The notes under the pieces were generated by a model. It saw only the letters and a list, made by a program, of their open reading frames with translations. It did no database searches and was not told the DNA's origin. A stretch of 63,720 nucleotides of DNA, filler included, from Bonamia ostreae (taxonomy: Eukaryota), in NCBI GenBank assembly GCA_040357525.1. It is 51 parts of 51 records of this genome, joined end to end, with 100 filler letters (N's around TTAATTAATTAA, not from the genome) between each part and the next. Parts side by side here need not be neighbours in the genome. Positions count along the whole stretch, not along the records: positions 1 to 1,159 come from JBDODL010002492.1; positions 1,260 to 2,417 come from JBDODL010002493.1; positions 2,518 to 3,675 come from JBDODL010002494.1; positions 3,776 to 4,933 come from JBDODL010002495.1; positions 5,034 to 6,191 come from JBDODL010002496.1; positions 6,292 to 7,449 come from JBDODL010002497.1; positions 7,550 to 8,707 come from JBDODL010002498.1; 44 more parts are not named here. One strand, written 5' to 3'. How positions within the stretch are numbered: the first letter of the stretch is position 1; each line of letters opens with the position of its first letter. Of the stretch, positions 1-8,666 are shown one piece after another. Made by a program: the position numbers and the translations under genes.

Positions 1-133
1 TTGCTAATCGCGCGGTCATTTTTAATAGCTTGGTGTTTTGCTCAAAAAGATCATGGTTACGCTCTGTTAGTTCGTGCTTTTCAGCGTTAAGCCTGATCAC
101 TTCCTTTTTAAGCTCTCGAACTTTACTTTCCAT
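1..133 (-). CDS. Partial small coiled-coil protein, phage/prokaryote-like (MESKVRELKKEVIRLNAEKHEL...)
   Basis: ATG at 133-131 overlaps the end of the upstream ORF; open to the contig edge. Confidence 0.55.
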   Translation of the reverse strand, partial: MESKVRELKKEVIRLNAEKHELTERNHDLFEQNTKLLKMTARLA

Positions 134-263
134 TTTTAGAGCCCTTATTTGTTGATGCGGTACCACCAAAAAGAATGCGCAGGAATAGGACCACGCACAC
201 GGAAACAATGAGAAAATAGGCTAGTGCGCCTGGACTGCTTAAAGTCTTGTGCAACTCATACAT
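123..263 (-). CDS. 46-aa small membrane protein, phage-like (MYELHKTLSSPGALAYFLIVSVCVVLFLRILFGG...)
   Basis: Manual translation; single hydrophobic segment; AGGA upstream; 5 nt from the previous stop. Confidence 0.55.
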   Translation of the reverse strand: MYELHKTLSSPGALAYFLIVSVCVVLFLRILFGGTASTNKGSKNGK

Positions 264-268
264 TTTTT

Positions 269-544
269 TTAATGTCCTTTGTTATTGCTATAAAACATTG
301 AAATATAATCTTGCGCTAATGCTGGCGTATTTGAGTGACGATAATAATTCACATTGATAGACCACACGATCGCGGGGCCTATGCGCGCCACCAGCTTTGC
401 GCTCTGGTAGTCACGAGAAAATCTAGCGAATGAATCGACAATCAAAAACGAAAGCTTAACGCAAACCCACGTAAGGGCCGCGCTAGGACCCAAGGCGCCT
501 AACCATTCATAGAAAAGCGCCGTGATATTTAGTGATTCAAACAT
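269..544 (-). CDS. 91-aa hypothetical membrane protein, phage-like
   Basis: ORF track; TAATG stop/start coupling at 544 with the upstream ORF. Confidence 0.6.
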   Translation of the reverse strand: MFESLNITALFYEWLGALGPSAALTWVCVKLSFLIVDSFARFSRDYQSAKLVARIGPAIVWSINVNYYRHSNTPALAQDYISMFYSNNKGH

Positions 545-909
545 TAGTTATAACTTGTCGTTACCTGGCAAATATCATCCTTGCCGCCATAAACGCCACA
601 GATTAGTGGTAAAACTTCGTAATTCTCCATCACTCCACCAGTACGCTTGTTTATAGCCTTTGCTCCTCGAGTTACGTATTTACCATTAACGAAACACTTT
701 TCAGAAAGGCAAGGTTGCCACCAGTAGCGCCAGTTGGCAGAAACGATATTTTTAAAATCGTCTCTTGAATCCTCGAGCACTTCGAATTCATCCTCTAGCT
801 GTTCAAGGCTATTTGCTGCAAAGACTTCACTTTCTTCACTGTGCCAAATTGCCTTGCGACCTTTTAACACGATACTTACTAGCATTTGTTTGTATTGTTT
901 ATTTTTCAT
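544..909 (-). CDS. 121-aa hypothetical protein, phage-like
   Basis: ORF track; AGGTG Shine-Dalgarno-like sequence before the ATG; intronless, co-directional packing. Confidence 0.65.
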   Translation of the reverse strand: MKNKQYKQMLVSIVLKGRKAIWHSEESEVFAANSLEQLEDEFEVLEDSRDDFKNIVSANWRYWWQPCLSEKCFVNGKYVTRGAKAINKRTGGVMENYEVLPLICGVYGGKDDICQVTTSYN

Positions 910-920
910 AACGGCACCTG

Positions 921-1040
921 TTAATATTCAAACCAAGGGTAACTTGTCGCTTCGATTTTTTTCTCTAACTTATCTTTTAGTTCGTCAGAAGAAAGAGTTT
1001 TACTTACCGCGGCAATTGCAATTTGCTCTAGATTTAACAT
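921..1040 (-). CDS. 39-aa hypothetical protein (MLNLEQIAIAAVSKTLSSDELKDKLEKKIEATSYPWFEY)
   Basis: Manual translation; AGGA upstream; same operon-like array. Confidence 0.45.
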   Translation of the reverse strand: MLNLEQIAIAAVSKTLSSDELKDKLEKKIEATSYPWFEY

Positions 1041-1159
1041 GATTTAATCCTATCTATTTTTAGTTGTTTGCTTATGGTCATTTCTGCTTTTCCCACTTAA
1101 AAGTAGGTGGAGTAGTAAAGCATTTCGAACCGTTAAAATGATAATGGACCTTTTTGGTC

Positions 1160-1259
1160 NNNNNNNNNNNNNNNNNNNNNNNNNNNNNNNNNNNNNNNNN
1201 NNNTTAATTAATTAANNNNNNNNNNNNNNNNNNNNNNNNNNNNNNNNNNNNNNNNNNNN
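1160..1259. other. Artificial contig spacer (first of 50; N44-TTAATTAATTAA-N44, recurring every ~1.25 kb to 62476-62575)
   Basis: Identical 100-nt cassette with a six-frame stop 12-mer; flanking contigs are unrelated and shrink steadily from ~1158 to ~1145 nt. Confidence 0.99.
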
Positions 1260-2105
1260 CAACAAACGGTGTAGGAAAAGTCTGTGATTTTACATTAAAA
1301 GAACTTTTATCATTTGACGCTGGATACAAATACAAAAAAATAGACAAAAACGGCACTAAGATTTTTCCGTACAGGTCAATTCAATTTGTCAATAATCATT
1401 TTTCAGAAATTTGAATTTTCAATAAAAATTGAATTTAGGAACAAAGGGCTAAAAATACCTCAATTCGAAGAGGTCATTATCGCTTTAAAAAACAACAAAA
1501 ACAAATACGGTTTTCCGCTGCGATTTTATCTCGATTTCAAGTCAAAATTAATCATCAAAACAGCCCTCGATTTTATCAAAAAACAAGATTTATCACAACG
1601 CGTCATTCTCGGCGCAAATAACTATTCTGTTAACAAAGAACTGCTAAAATTTCGAGTTTGTAATTTTCAAATTTTTTGTTTGTTCTTCAAAACAATTTCG
1701 TATGTTCAAATTTAAAAATTGTTAAAACTTTTTGTAAAAGAACCCGAGAATGCCAATAAGTTGCGATTTGTGGACAGGAATTTTAGTGATAATTTTGTCA
1801 AAATTGGGGCTTTTGGATTATTACCATTTGAAACATGATATTTACGGATCTTACGAATCAGGAAATTTTATCCAATTTACAGAAAAAAGATTTATTGAAA
1901 AAATACACAAAAGAAAAAAATTTTACGGTTAATTTGCAATTTTTTACAAAAAAAAATTTATTTTAATAAAAATGGCTCTAACAATTTAGCCGTTTTTGGA
2001 GAAAAGATGGATGATTCAAATTTTATCCAAAAAATGTTCGATTCGAATGTTGACTTGTTGCTAACAAATAAACCAAAAACGATGAAAAGAATAATTGATA
2101 AATAA
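1260..2105 (+). CDS. Glycerophosphodiester phosphodiesterase (GDPD family), 5'-partial; introns 1375-1438, 1656-1740, 1928-1989
   Basis: Spliced product has TNGVGKVCDFTLKELLSFDAG...KIPQFEEV and C-terminal VDLLLTNKP, typical GDPD motifs. Confidence 0.85.
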
Positions 2106-2262
2106 AAATGAACATTTTTTATAAAAACATTTATTAATACAAAAAAGCCAAATCTAAAAAATGACCAAAATTTTTATTGACTAAAAAATAAGACAATAAA
2201 AGACTAAAATTTAAACAAGCTAAATTTCAAATCATATAGAAAAGGTTAAGCGATTATATTTA

Positions 2263-2340
2263 ATGTCAGGTTTTGCACGTCAGCGGTTGATTGAAGAAAG
2301 AAAAGTTTTATTGCGTTTATGGAAGGCTTGGAGGAAAGAT
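2263..2340 (+). CDS. UBC9: SUMO E2 conjugating enzyme, N-terminus; 21-nt intron 2305-2325
   Basis: Spliced MSGFARQRLIEERKAWRKD matches the conserved Ubc9 N-terminus (RLxxERKAWRKDHP). Confidence 0.85.
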
Positions 2341-2517
2341 TTTTATTTTTTATTTTTAGATCTTGCAAAATTTTTTATTTTTCTGCGATTTTTAGATCTT
2401 GCAATTTTAACTTTCTTNNNNNNNNNNNNNNNNNNNNNNNNNNNNNNNNNNNNNNNNNNNNTTAATTAATTAANNNNNNNNNNNNNNNNNNNNNNNNNNN
2501 NNNNNNNNNNNNNNNNN

Positions 2518-2626
2518 AAATGCGATTTTAAATGAATTGAAGTTGGAGTCGGCGAAGATGAAAATATCGTTGCGTAAAAGAGAAGCAGAAAATGTGAAGA
2601 AGTGGTTAACTGAAAACGGATATTAA
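2518..2626 (+). CDS. 3' end of a small protein, possibly mitochondrial ribosomal protein L49/Img2-like
   Basis: Ends ...ENVKKWLTENGY*, resembling the mL49 C-terminal xxWLxxxGF; fragment is short. Confidence 0.35.
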
Positions 2627-2716
2627 ATGAGGAGCTGTTGCAATTTTAGATATTTTTATAAAAAAGTCTAATTTGAGAATTAGCCAAAATTATTTAGTTT
2701 ACAAATTTTTCTGAAA

Positions 2717-3328
2717 ATGGAGCCACCCAAAGTTCCACCGAAACCGCAACTGAAAAAAATAGCGGAAAACATAAATTCCGCTCAAAACAACGCAAAAAAT
2801 TTAGAAAACGAAAAAGAAGGAAAAATATCTTTTTCTTCTACTTCGACAATATCTTCTTTAAAGCCATCTACCAATATCTTCTTGTTTGAGAAGACAAAGT
2901 CGGTTTCTTCCGAAAACCCCTTCGACTTTAGAAGATCAACTTCGAATAGAAAGAAAACTCGCAGAAAACAAGAAGGAAAAAATCAATCTTTTCCAGCTCT
3001 TGATAAAGAGAAGGCTAAAAAGCCTTCTTTAAATAAAAGCGCAACGGATGATGTGAACAACGAAAACGCAGTTGTATCTGCGAGCAGCCGTTTCGGCTAC
3101 TCGATTGACCATCTGAAGAAAAACAAACCGAATTTTAGTATCTTGTTAAAAGATGAGAACGTGATGGAAAACGATTCAGATGAAGGAAAGATGGTGAGTT
3201 TTCCAGAGGAGATGCCAAGTTTAAAAACGAACAAATTCTTCAAAGATATTAAAGTTGACTCTGACGAATACAAAAAGTATTTTAGTGCTGATTTGCGATT
3301 TTCGACGCACAGAGAGTTCGACGATTAA
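2717..3328 (+). CDS. 203-aa low-complexity hypothetical protein (N-terminal PPKVPPKP proline motif)
   Basis: Complete ATG-to-stop ORF in a protist-type contig. Confidence 0.6.
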   Translation: MEPPKVPPKPQLKKIAENINSAQNNAKNLENEKEGKISFSSTSTISSLKPSTNIFLFEKTKSVSSENPFDFRRSTSNRKKTRRKQEGKNQSFPALDKEKAKKPSLNKSATDDVNNENAVVSASSRFGYSIDHLKKNKPNFSILLKDENVMENDSDEGKMVSFPEEMPSLKTNKFFKDIKVDSDEYKKYFSADLRFSTHREFDD

Positions 3329-3775
3329 ATAATTTTTGAGAAAAAGTTTATTGATCAAATAATTTTTGGAATGTTTTGTCAATGTTAAAAATTTGATCAA
3401 ATAAATTTTTGTTTAACCATTTTTACGTGAATTCGAGTTAAGTCTGCGCGTTCCACATTTTTTATTTGAAAATTTCAGCGCCGACTTTAATTTCGGCTTT
3501 GGCTGCGTGGAAAGGCCATTTTGCCATAAAGGATTTTAATAAATATATCACCATTTTTGAGTAAACAAATTTTGGCTGTACATTTACATTCGCCAAGTCA
3601 CTTATCACATACGCTCTTCGCAAAAGCTCCTTGTTCCTGGACACATCTGGATCCCAGATGACAGCCATGTTCAGCNNNNNNNNNNNNNNNNNNNNNNNNN
3701 NNNNNNNNNNNNNNNNNNNTTAATTAATTAANNNNNNNNNNNNNNNNNNNNNNNNNNNNNNNNNNNNNNNNNNNN

Positions 3776-4390
3776 TTTGAAACAATTTTAAAAATTTTTG
3801 TTTAAAATTCGCAACAAAACCTGTGAAAGCTATTAACCAACACAACAATCCTTTGATTTCGGAAACAAACAACAAAACAACAAAAACAACTTTCAATTTA
3901 TCAAAAAAATTTATTAAAAATAAGTTAAAATCCGAAAAGCTAAAATCATTTTAAGCTAATTAATATAATAAAACCGATTGAATAAATAATGTTCAAAACA
4001 GTTTTATCGATCGTAAAATCACCCATTTTGACTTCAACGCCAAAATATTGAACATAAAAAACATAAGCTCCTTCATATAATTAAACAAATTGTAACTCCG
4101 AAATTTAAAATGGCTCTCGAAATTACAAAAAACCTATTGCCGCTAAAAGCACAAGCCAAATAAACATTTTTGGCGCTAAGAAACCATTCAAAACAAAAGC
4201 GAATATTAAGAAAATTAAATAGTTTAAAGAATAATAAGCTCTTTTGGATTTTTAGATTTTTTATTGAAAATAACAAGTTCGAATCGATTCTTTTAGTAAC
4301 TGTAGAATAATTAGGCGATCTAAATTCGTTAAAAAATTCATTCCATTTTCTTAATTTCATTAGAAGACTTTGATATGATAATTTAGCCAT
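3776..4390 (-). CDS. PRA1: PRA1-family (prenylated Rab acceptor) membrane protein, 3'-partial; first intron 4241-4274
   Basis: Spliced MAKLSYQSLLMKLRKWNEFF...KRIDSNLAYYSLNYLIF matches the PRA1 LRxWxEF and RxxxNLxYYxxNY motifs, followed by hydrophobic segments. Confidence 0.8.
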
Positions 4391-4933
4391 GTCTATTTTT
4401 GTTGATTCGAATGGCAGTCCTCTGCGATTTTTAATAATTCCCAAAAACAAAACATTCAAATTGGTAAAAGAAAACATTATCGTTTTCTTAAAATTTAGCA
4501 ATTATTAGGAAAATGGAGGGAAATTATCAAAAACTCACAAAAATTCGATAATTTTGTGCACCGATAAAAATTATCTTTTTGGACTTTCCTTAAAAGCTCG
4601 AAAAAATAAAAAATTTTATGACAAATGTTTTGTAGAAGATTGCATTAAAACGAACAAACTTTTAAAAATTGAAAATTATTTGATAAAACCATTTTCTGAA
4701 AAACCGGTTTTGGCTAAAAAGCATTCCGCAGTGGTTTTAGACACGGATTTAGCCAAAACGAAAATTGATTATAAAAAGATAAATAAGTTTGGAAATGAGA
4801 GGCAAAAACTTTTAGGGCGGAAAGTTTATGATCGAGAAGATGATTTGGGGATTATTAATTATTTGAAAGAAATGAAAGAAAAAGGAATTACAAAATTCAA
4901 AGGGAAAAATGTTTGGCTAAATTTGGCTAATTC
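4389..4933 (+). CDS. RAP1: Telomere protein RAP1 (TERF2IP), BRCT + Myb, 3'-partial; 27-nt intron 4482-4508
   Basis: MSIFVDSNGSPLRFLI..IIENGGKL..FVEDCIKTNKLLKIENYLI (BRCT) and GRKVYDREDDLGIINYLKE..GKNVW (Myb) parallel the TERF2IP domains. Confidence 0.85.
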
Positions 4934-5069
4934 NNNNNNNNNNNNNNNNNNNNNNNNNNNNNNNNNNNNNNNNNNNNTTAATTAATTAANNNNNNNNNNN
5001 NNNNNNNNNNNNNNNNNNNNNNNNNNNNNNNNNATAAATGAGGAAACATCATTCAATGAGATATCTGAA

Positions 5070-6104
5070 TTGGCAAAAAAACGTATAACGTTATTTGAAG
5101 TAGATCCGGATGCATTGAATAATGGAAATCGTGGTTCCATTGACTCTGGCGGTATTATGGATACTACAAATACCGATGATCCTGGTGATGAAATAGGAAG
5201 TGAACAATTACCAAAACCTCAATCGATATTTTCATTGGATTTATGTAGTATAGTTACGTTGTATAATGAAGAAAAATTACTAATTAATGTTACCGATCCT
5301 ATAATTATCGCTACAGTTGAATCAGAAGAAACAAATCTTGGGATTAGAATTATTAAGAGAGATCAAGTAAGAATTATAGAAGAAGAAATAAATCGGTTGC
5401 TTGCAAATTCGATCCCGTTTGCAATGGCTATTAAGACAGACCCTAAAGAGATTTCGGGGGTTACATTTACAGAAGTATTTTATTCAGGTTATAATTTAAC
5501 GAGTCTTACAATGGGAAATATCAACGATTTAAAATGTTTAAGAGATGAATTACTTAAACGAAGAACATTATGCACTCTTCCGTGTATAGACGTCCCTGAA
5601 AGTTACCTTCCTAATGAAATACTCATTTTAGGATCAAAGTATATTTCCCTTCAAGAATATTATGATAGTGGCAAAACTTTATCAACAGACGATTTTATTC
5701 AAATGCTTTATCAAACTCTTGATTTTGTTAAGACATTAGACAGATTAAATTTGTGTCTACAAAAAACAGGCTTAAGCGATTTTTGTAGAAACAAGAAAGG
5801 GAATTTCTTTTTTGTTCCACTCCATTTACTTAAAAGAGTTGGTAATCCTGTTGAAAATTTCAAAAATTATTGGGAATTTATCGTAAATGCATTTGAATCC
5901 CAAAAATGGAGTAAAGCAGGGTGGATGATTATAAATATAAAAGTCTTTTTAAAATCACTTATAGAAGAAGCTAATGGAGAACTTAAACGTGTGAATTTGG
6001 AAGAAACATTTTATAAGTTATTTAATCGACAGCTAAATATTGAAAAAACTGGTTTACTTAAAAGAAATACTCGAAAACAAAAGCGTTCAAAATTTGAATA
6101 CTAA
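5070..6104 (+). CDS. Intronless >=344-aa hypothetical protein, possibly a degenerate kinase-like fold
   Basis: Long ORF; C-terminal FIQMLYQTLDFVKTLDRLNLC resembles kinase helix E but lacks HRD/DFG. Confidence 0.6.
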   Translation: MAKKRITLFEVDPDALNNGNRGSIDSGGIMDTTNTDDPGDEIGSEQLPKPQSIFSLDLCSIVTLYNEEKLLINVTDPIIIATVESEETNLGIRIIKRDQVRIIEEEINRLLANSIPFAMAIKTDPKEISGVTFTEVFYSGYNLTSLTMGNINDLKCLRDELLKRRTLCTLPCIDVPESYLPNEILILGSKYISLQEYYDSGKTLSTDDFIQMLYQTLDFVKTLDRLNLCLQKTGLSDFCRNKKGNFFFVPLHLLKRVGNPVENFKNYWEFIVNAFESQKWSKAGWMIINIKVFLKSLIEEANGELKRVNLEETFYKLFNRQLNIEKTGLLKRNTRKQKRSKFEY

Positions 6105-7274
6105 AGCGAAATATTAAATTTATTGTTAATTTTTGATCGAATCATTATTTTTTATTTTTAGATTTTTTTGTTTTTAAACTTTTTATTTTTANNNNNNNNN
6201 NNNNNNNNNNNNNNNNNNNNNNNNNNNNNNNNNNNTTAATTAATTAANNNNNNNNNNNNNNNNNNNNNNNNNNNNNNNNNNNNNNNNNNNNAAATACATT
6301 GAAAAATACCTTTGAAGATCACAATCTCTGAACAATAGGACCAAGATGACTCAGTGGAACGATGAGACCCATGGGCGTCGTGTTTTTAAACATTTTCGAC
6401 TGTTATAAAAAGTAATTGTTAAGCAATATCCATTGTTTTAGATCAGGAGTGCTACCGTTTTTTAAGCCTAGTAACAGAGAATACCTTCACAGAAATGTCT
6501 TCTGACAGGCCATATTCCACAAGAAGAACAGAGTATGTTTTGTACATAGTGCTTATCAAGAATGGTTATGTTGCGTGTACTTTTAGATACTGCATAAGTT
6601 TTCTTTCAATGCAGCAGCATATGAATTATAACAAGTAATGTTGAGAAGTCTGAAAAAGCAAAGTTATTTTTATTATGATCATAGATATATTCTAATTTCT
6701 AAGTAACTGGTGTTATTTCTTTTACTTCCAATCGTGATTCATTGCAGTGATGGATTTCTTTGTAACACTATGTTAATTATGGTTGGAACGACTGTCGCCG
6801 TTGGCTCCATCATCTTTCTTATTAAAAAAAGGAGGTACTGCAGAGAAAAATGGAATCAATGTCTTAGTTGGATATACGGTACGTTGCAGGAAAAATTTCA
6901 TATATAGGCATATATCTATAGAGTGCAATAATTGTGTTAGTTTTAATTGAGATAGGGATATCTAGTTTTTATCACAGACCAACAAGCGCAAATGCATATA
7001 GTATCAATGTATCAGTTCAAGTCTGAGCCGTCCATTTCTGTTTCTTCCAATGCTTCCACGTTGTAGTGAAAGTGTCACAAATCTAAACCCTATTATGGCG
7101 CTTAGGGCCGAAGTATGTAATGGATGTTCTCAATTTGCTCCACCTGTTGCATTATGGACCACAAAGTCTAATGTCTCATGATAAAGACCCGAAATTTGAA
7201 CTTTCTAAATATCATTCGCTTTACGAAGGGGTACCCGCACAATACTTTAGAATTTTGGGTGAGATAGGTAAAAT

Positions 7275-7345
7275 AACGAAGTATTTGACAAGGTCAAGGT
7301 ACGAATGGGACTCGAGCCCACCCCAAATATTAAAGCAAATGTTTT
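7275..7345 (-). mobile_element. Degenerate tRNA-derived SINE head (host)
   Basis: Reverse strand reads GGTGGTTCAGTGGATAA...GGGCTCGAGTCCC, A-box/B-box-like. Confidence 0.45.
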
Positions 7346-7603
7346 ATCCACTGAACCACCTCTCCATAAGTGTTTTCGTTTGTTTCCCTACAAGAAATAT
7401 TTATGTTTGGTTTTCAAACTGTCATTTTTCACCACTTGCCGCGGTAGCTNNNNNNNNNNNNNNNNNNNNNNNNNNNNNNNNNNNNNNNNNNNNTTAATTA
7501 ATTAANNNNNNNNNNNNNNNNNNNNNNNNNNNNNNNNNNNNNNNNNNNNAACCCCGAAAATACAACAAACTGCAAAGTGAGCTTTAAGATTCTTATATAA
7601 AAA

Positions 7604-8666
7604 ATGTCGAAAAATGGTGAAAGCACATTTAAAATAGTAATAGCGACAGACAACCATTTGGGTTGCTACAGCAACGACGCCATTCGTTCAGACGACTCAT
7701 TTGCCACTTTCGAAGAAGTCTTGAAACAAAGCGTTGCGGAACAAGCTGATTTTCTGCTTCTCGGAGGAGACCTTTTTCATCACAACAGACCATCGCAGCC
7801 AACAGTGCACAGATGTCTTCGTTTGCTGAAAAAGTATTGTTTGGGAAGCAGAGAAGTCGGTTTTGAAGTGGTAAGTGACCAATCTTTTAATTTTGCGGAA
7901 AAGTTTGAAAATTTTCGATTTTTTAAAGGAGAGCGAATTTTGAAGACCCAAATTTGAAAATATCGCTTCCGATTTTTTCGATTCACGGCAATCATGACGA
8001 TCCGACGGGAGTAAAATTGTAAATAATAAAAGATTGAAAATTTGTCTGTGATGGACATAATGTCGACGGCGAATTTTGTGAATTATTTTGGGAAAGCGGT
8101 CGACATTTCTAAGATCAATATTAAACCTGTTTTGATGCGAAAAGGGAGAACAAAGTTTTAATTTTTTGCGACGAATTTTTGGGATTTTTTTAAATTTTGT
8201 TTTTGCGACGAATTTTTGTTCTTTTTTTTTTTAATTTTGTTTTTGCACGAATTTTTGGGATTTTTTAAATTTTGTTTTTGCGACGAATTTTTGGTCTTTT
8301 TTTTTAATTTTGTTACAAAAAAGATTGGCTGTTTATGGCTTGGGATCCATAAAAGATGAGCGTTTACATCGTCTTTTTTTGGACAGAAAAGTAAAATTTT
8401 CTCGTCCAGCGGAAGACAAAGAAGATTGGTTTAATATCTTTGTTATTCACCAAAACAGGTTTATTGATTTATTGAAACAGGTACAAGCATTCTTTCAATA
8501 GACTCAATTACATTCCAGAAAACTTTATTCCGTCTTTTATTGATCTAGTGGTTTGGGCGCACGAACACGAATCCATTATGCAACTTAACCAAAATAACGA
8601 TTTTTATGTTGTGCAGCCTGGGAGCACCACCAGAACATCTCTTTCCAAAAATGAGTTGACGGAAAA
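7604..8666 (+). CDS. MRE11: Double-strand break repair nuclease MRE11, 3'-partial; introns 7903-7928 (26 nt), 8011-8032 (22), 8155-8323 (169), 8459-8480 (22)
   Basis: Spliced motifs [39 protein letters not shown]. Confidence 0.97.
8156..8312 (+). repeat. Intronic minisatellite, ~40-nt unit x4 (TTAATTTTGTTTTTGCGACGAATTTTTG...)
   Basis: Direct tandem copies visible inside MRE11 intron 3. Confidence 0.9.

Noticed and set aside
3462-3675. Minus-strand coding fragment at the contig end
   Set aside because: Probably a real protist exon, but too short to define its structure or product
7604-8666. Apparent frameshifts and in-frame stops suggesting pseudogenes or an alternative genetic code in the AT-rich genes
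   Set aside because: The breaks examined in conserved genes (except the UBC9 donor) are resolved by GT-AG introns, and the genes end in normal TAA/TAG stops
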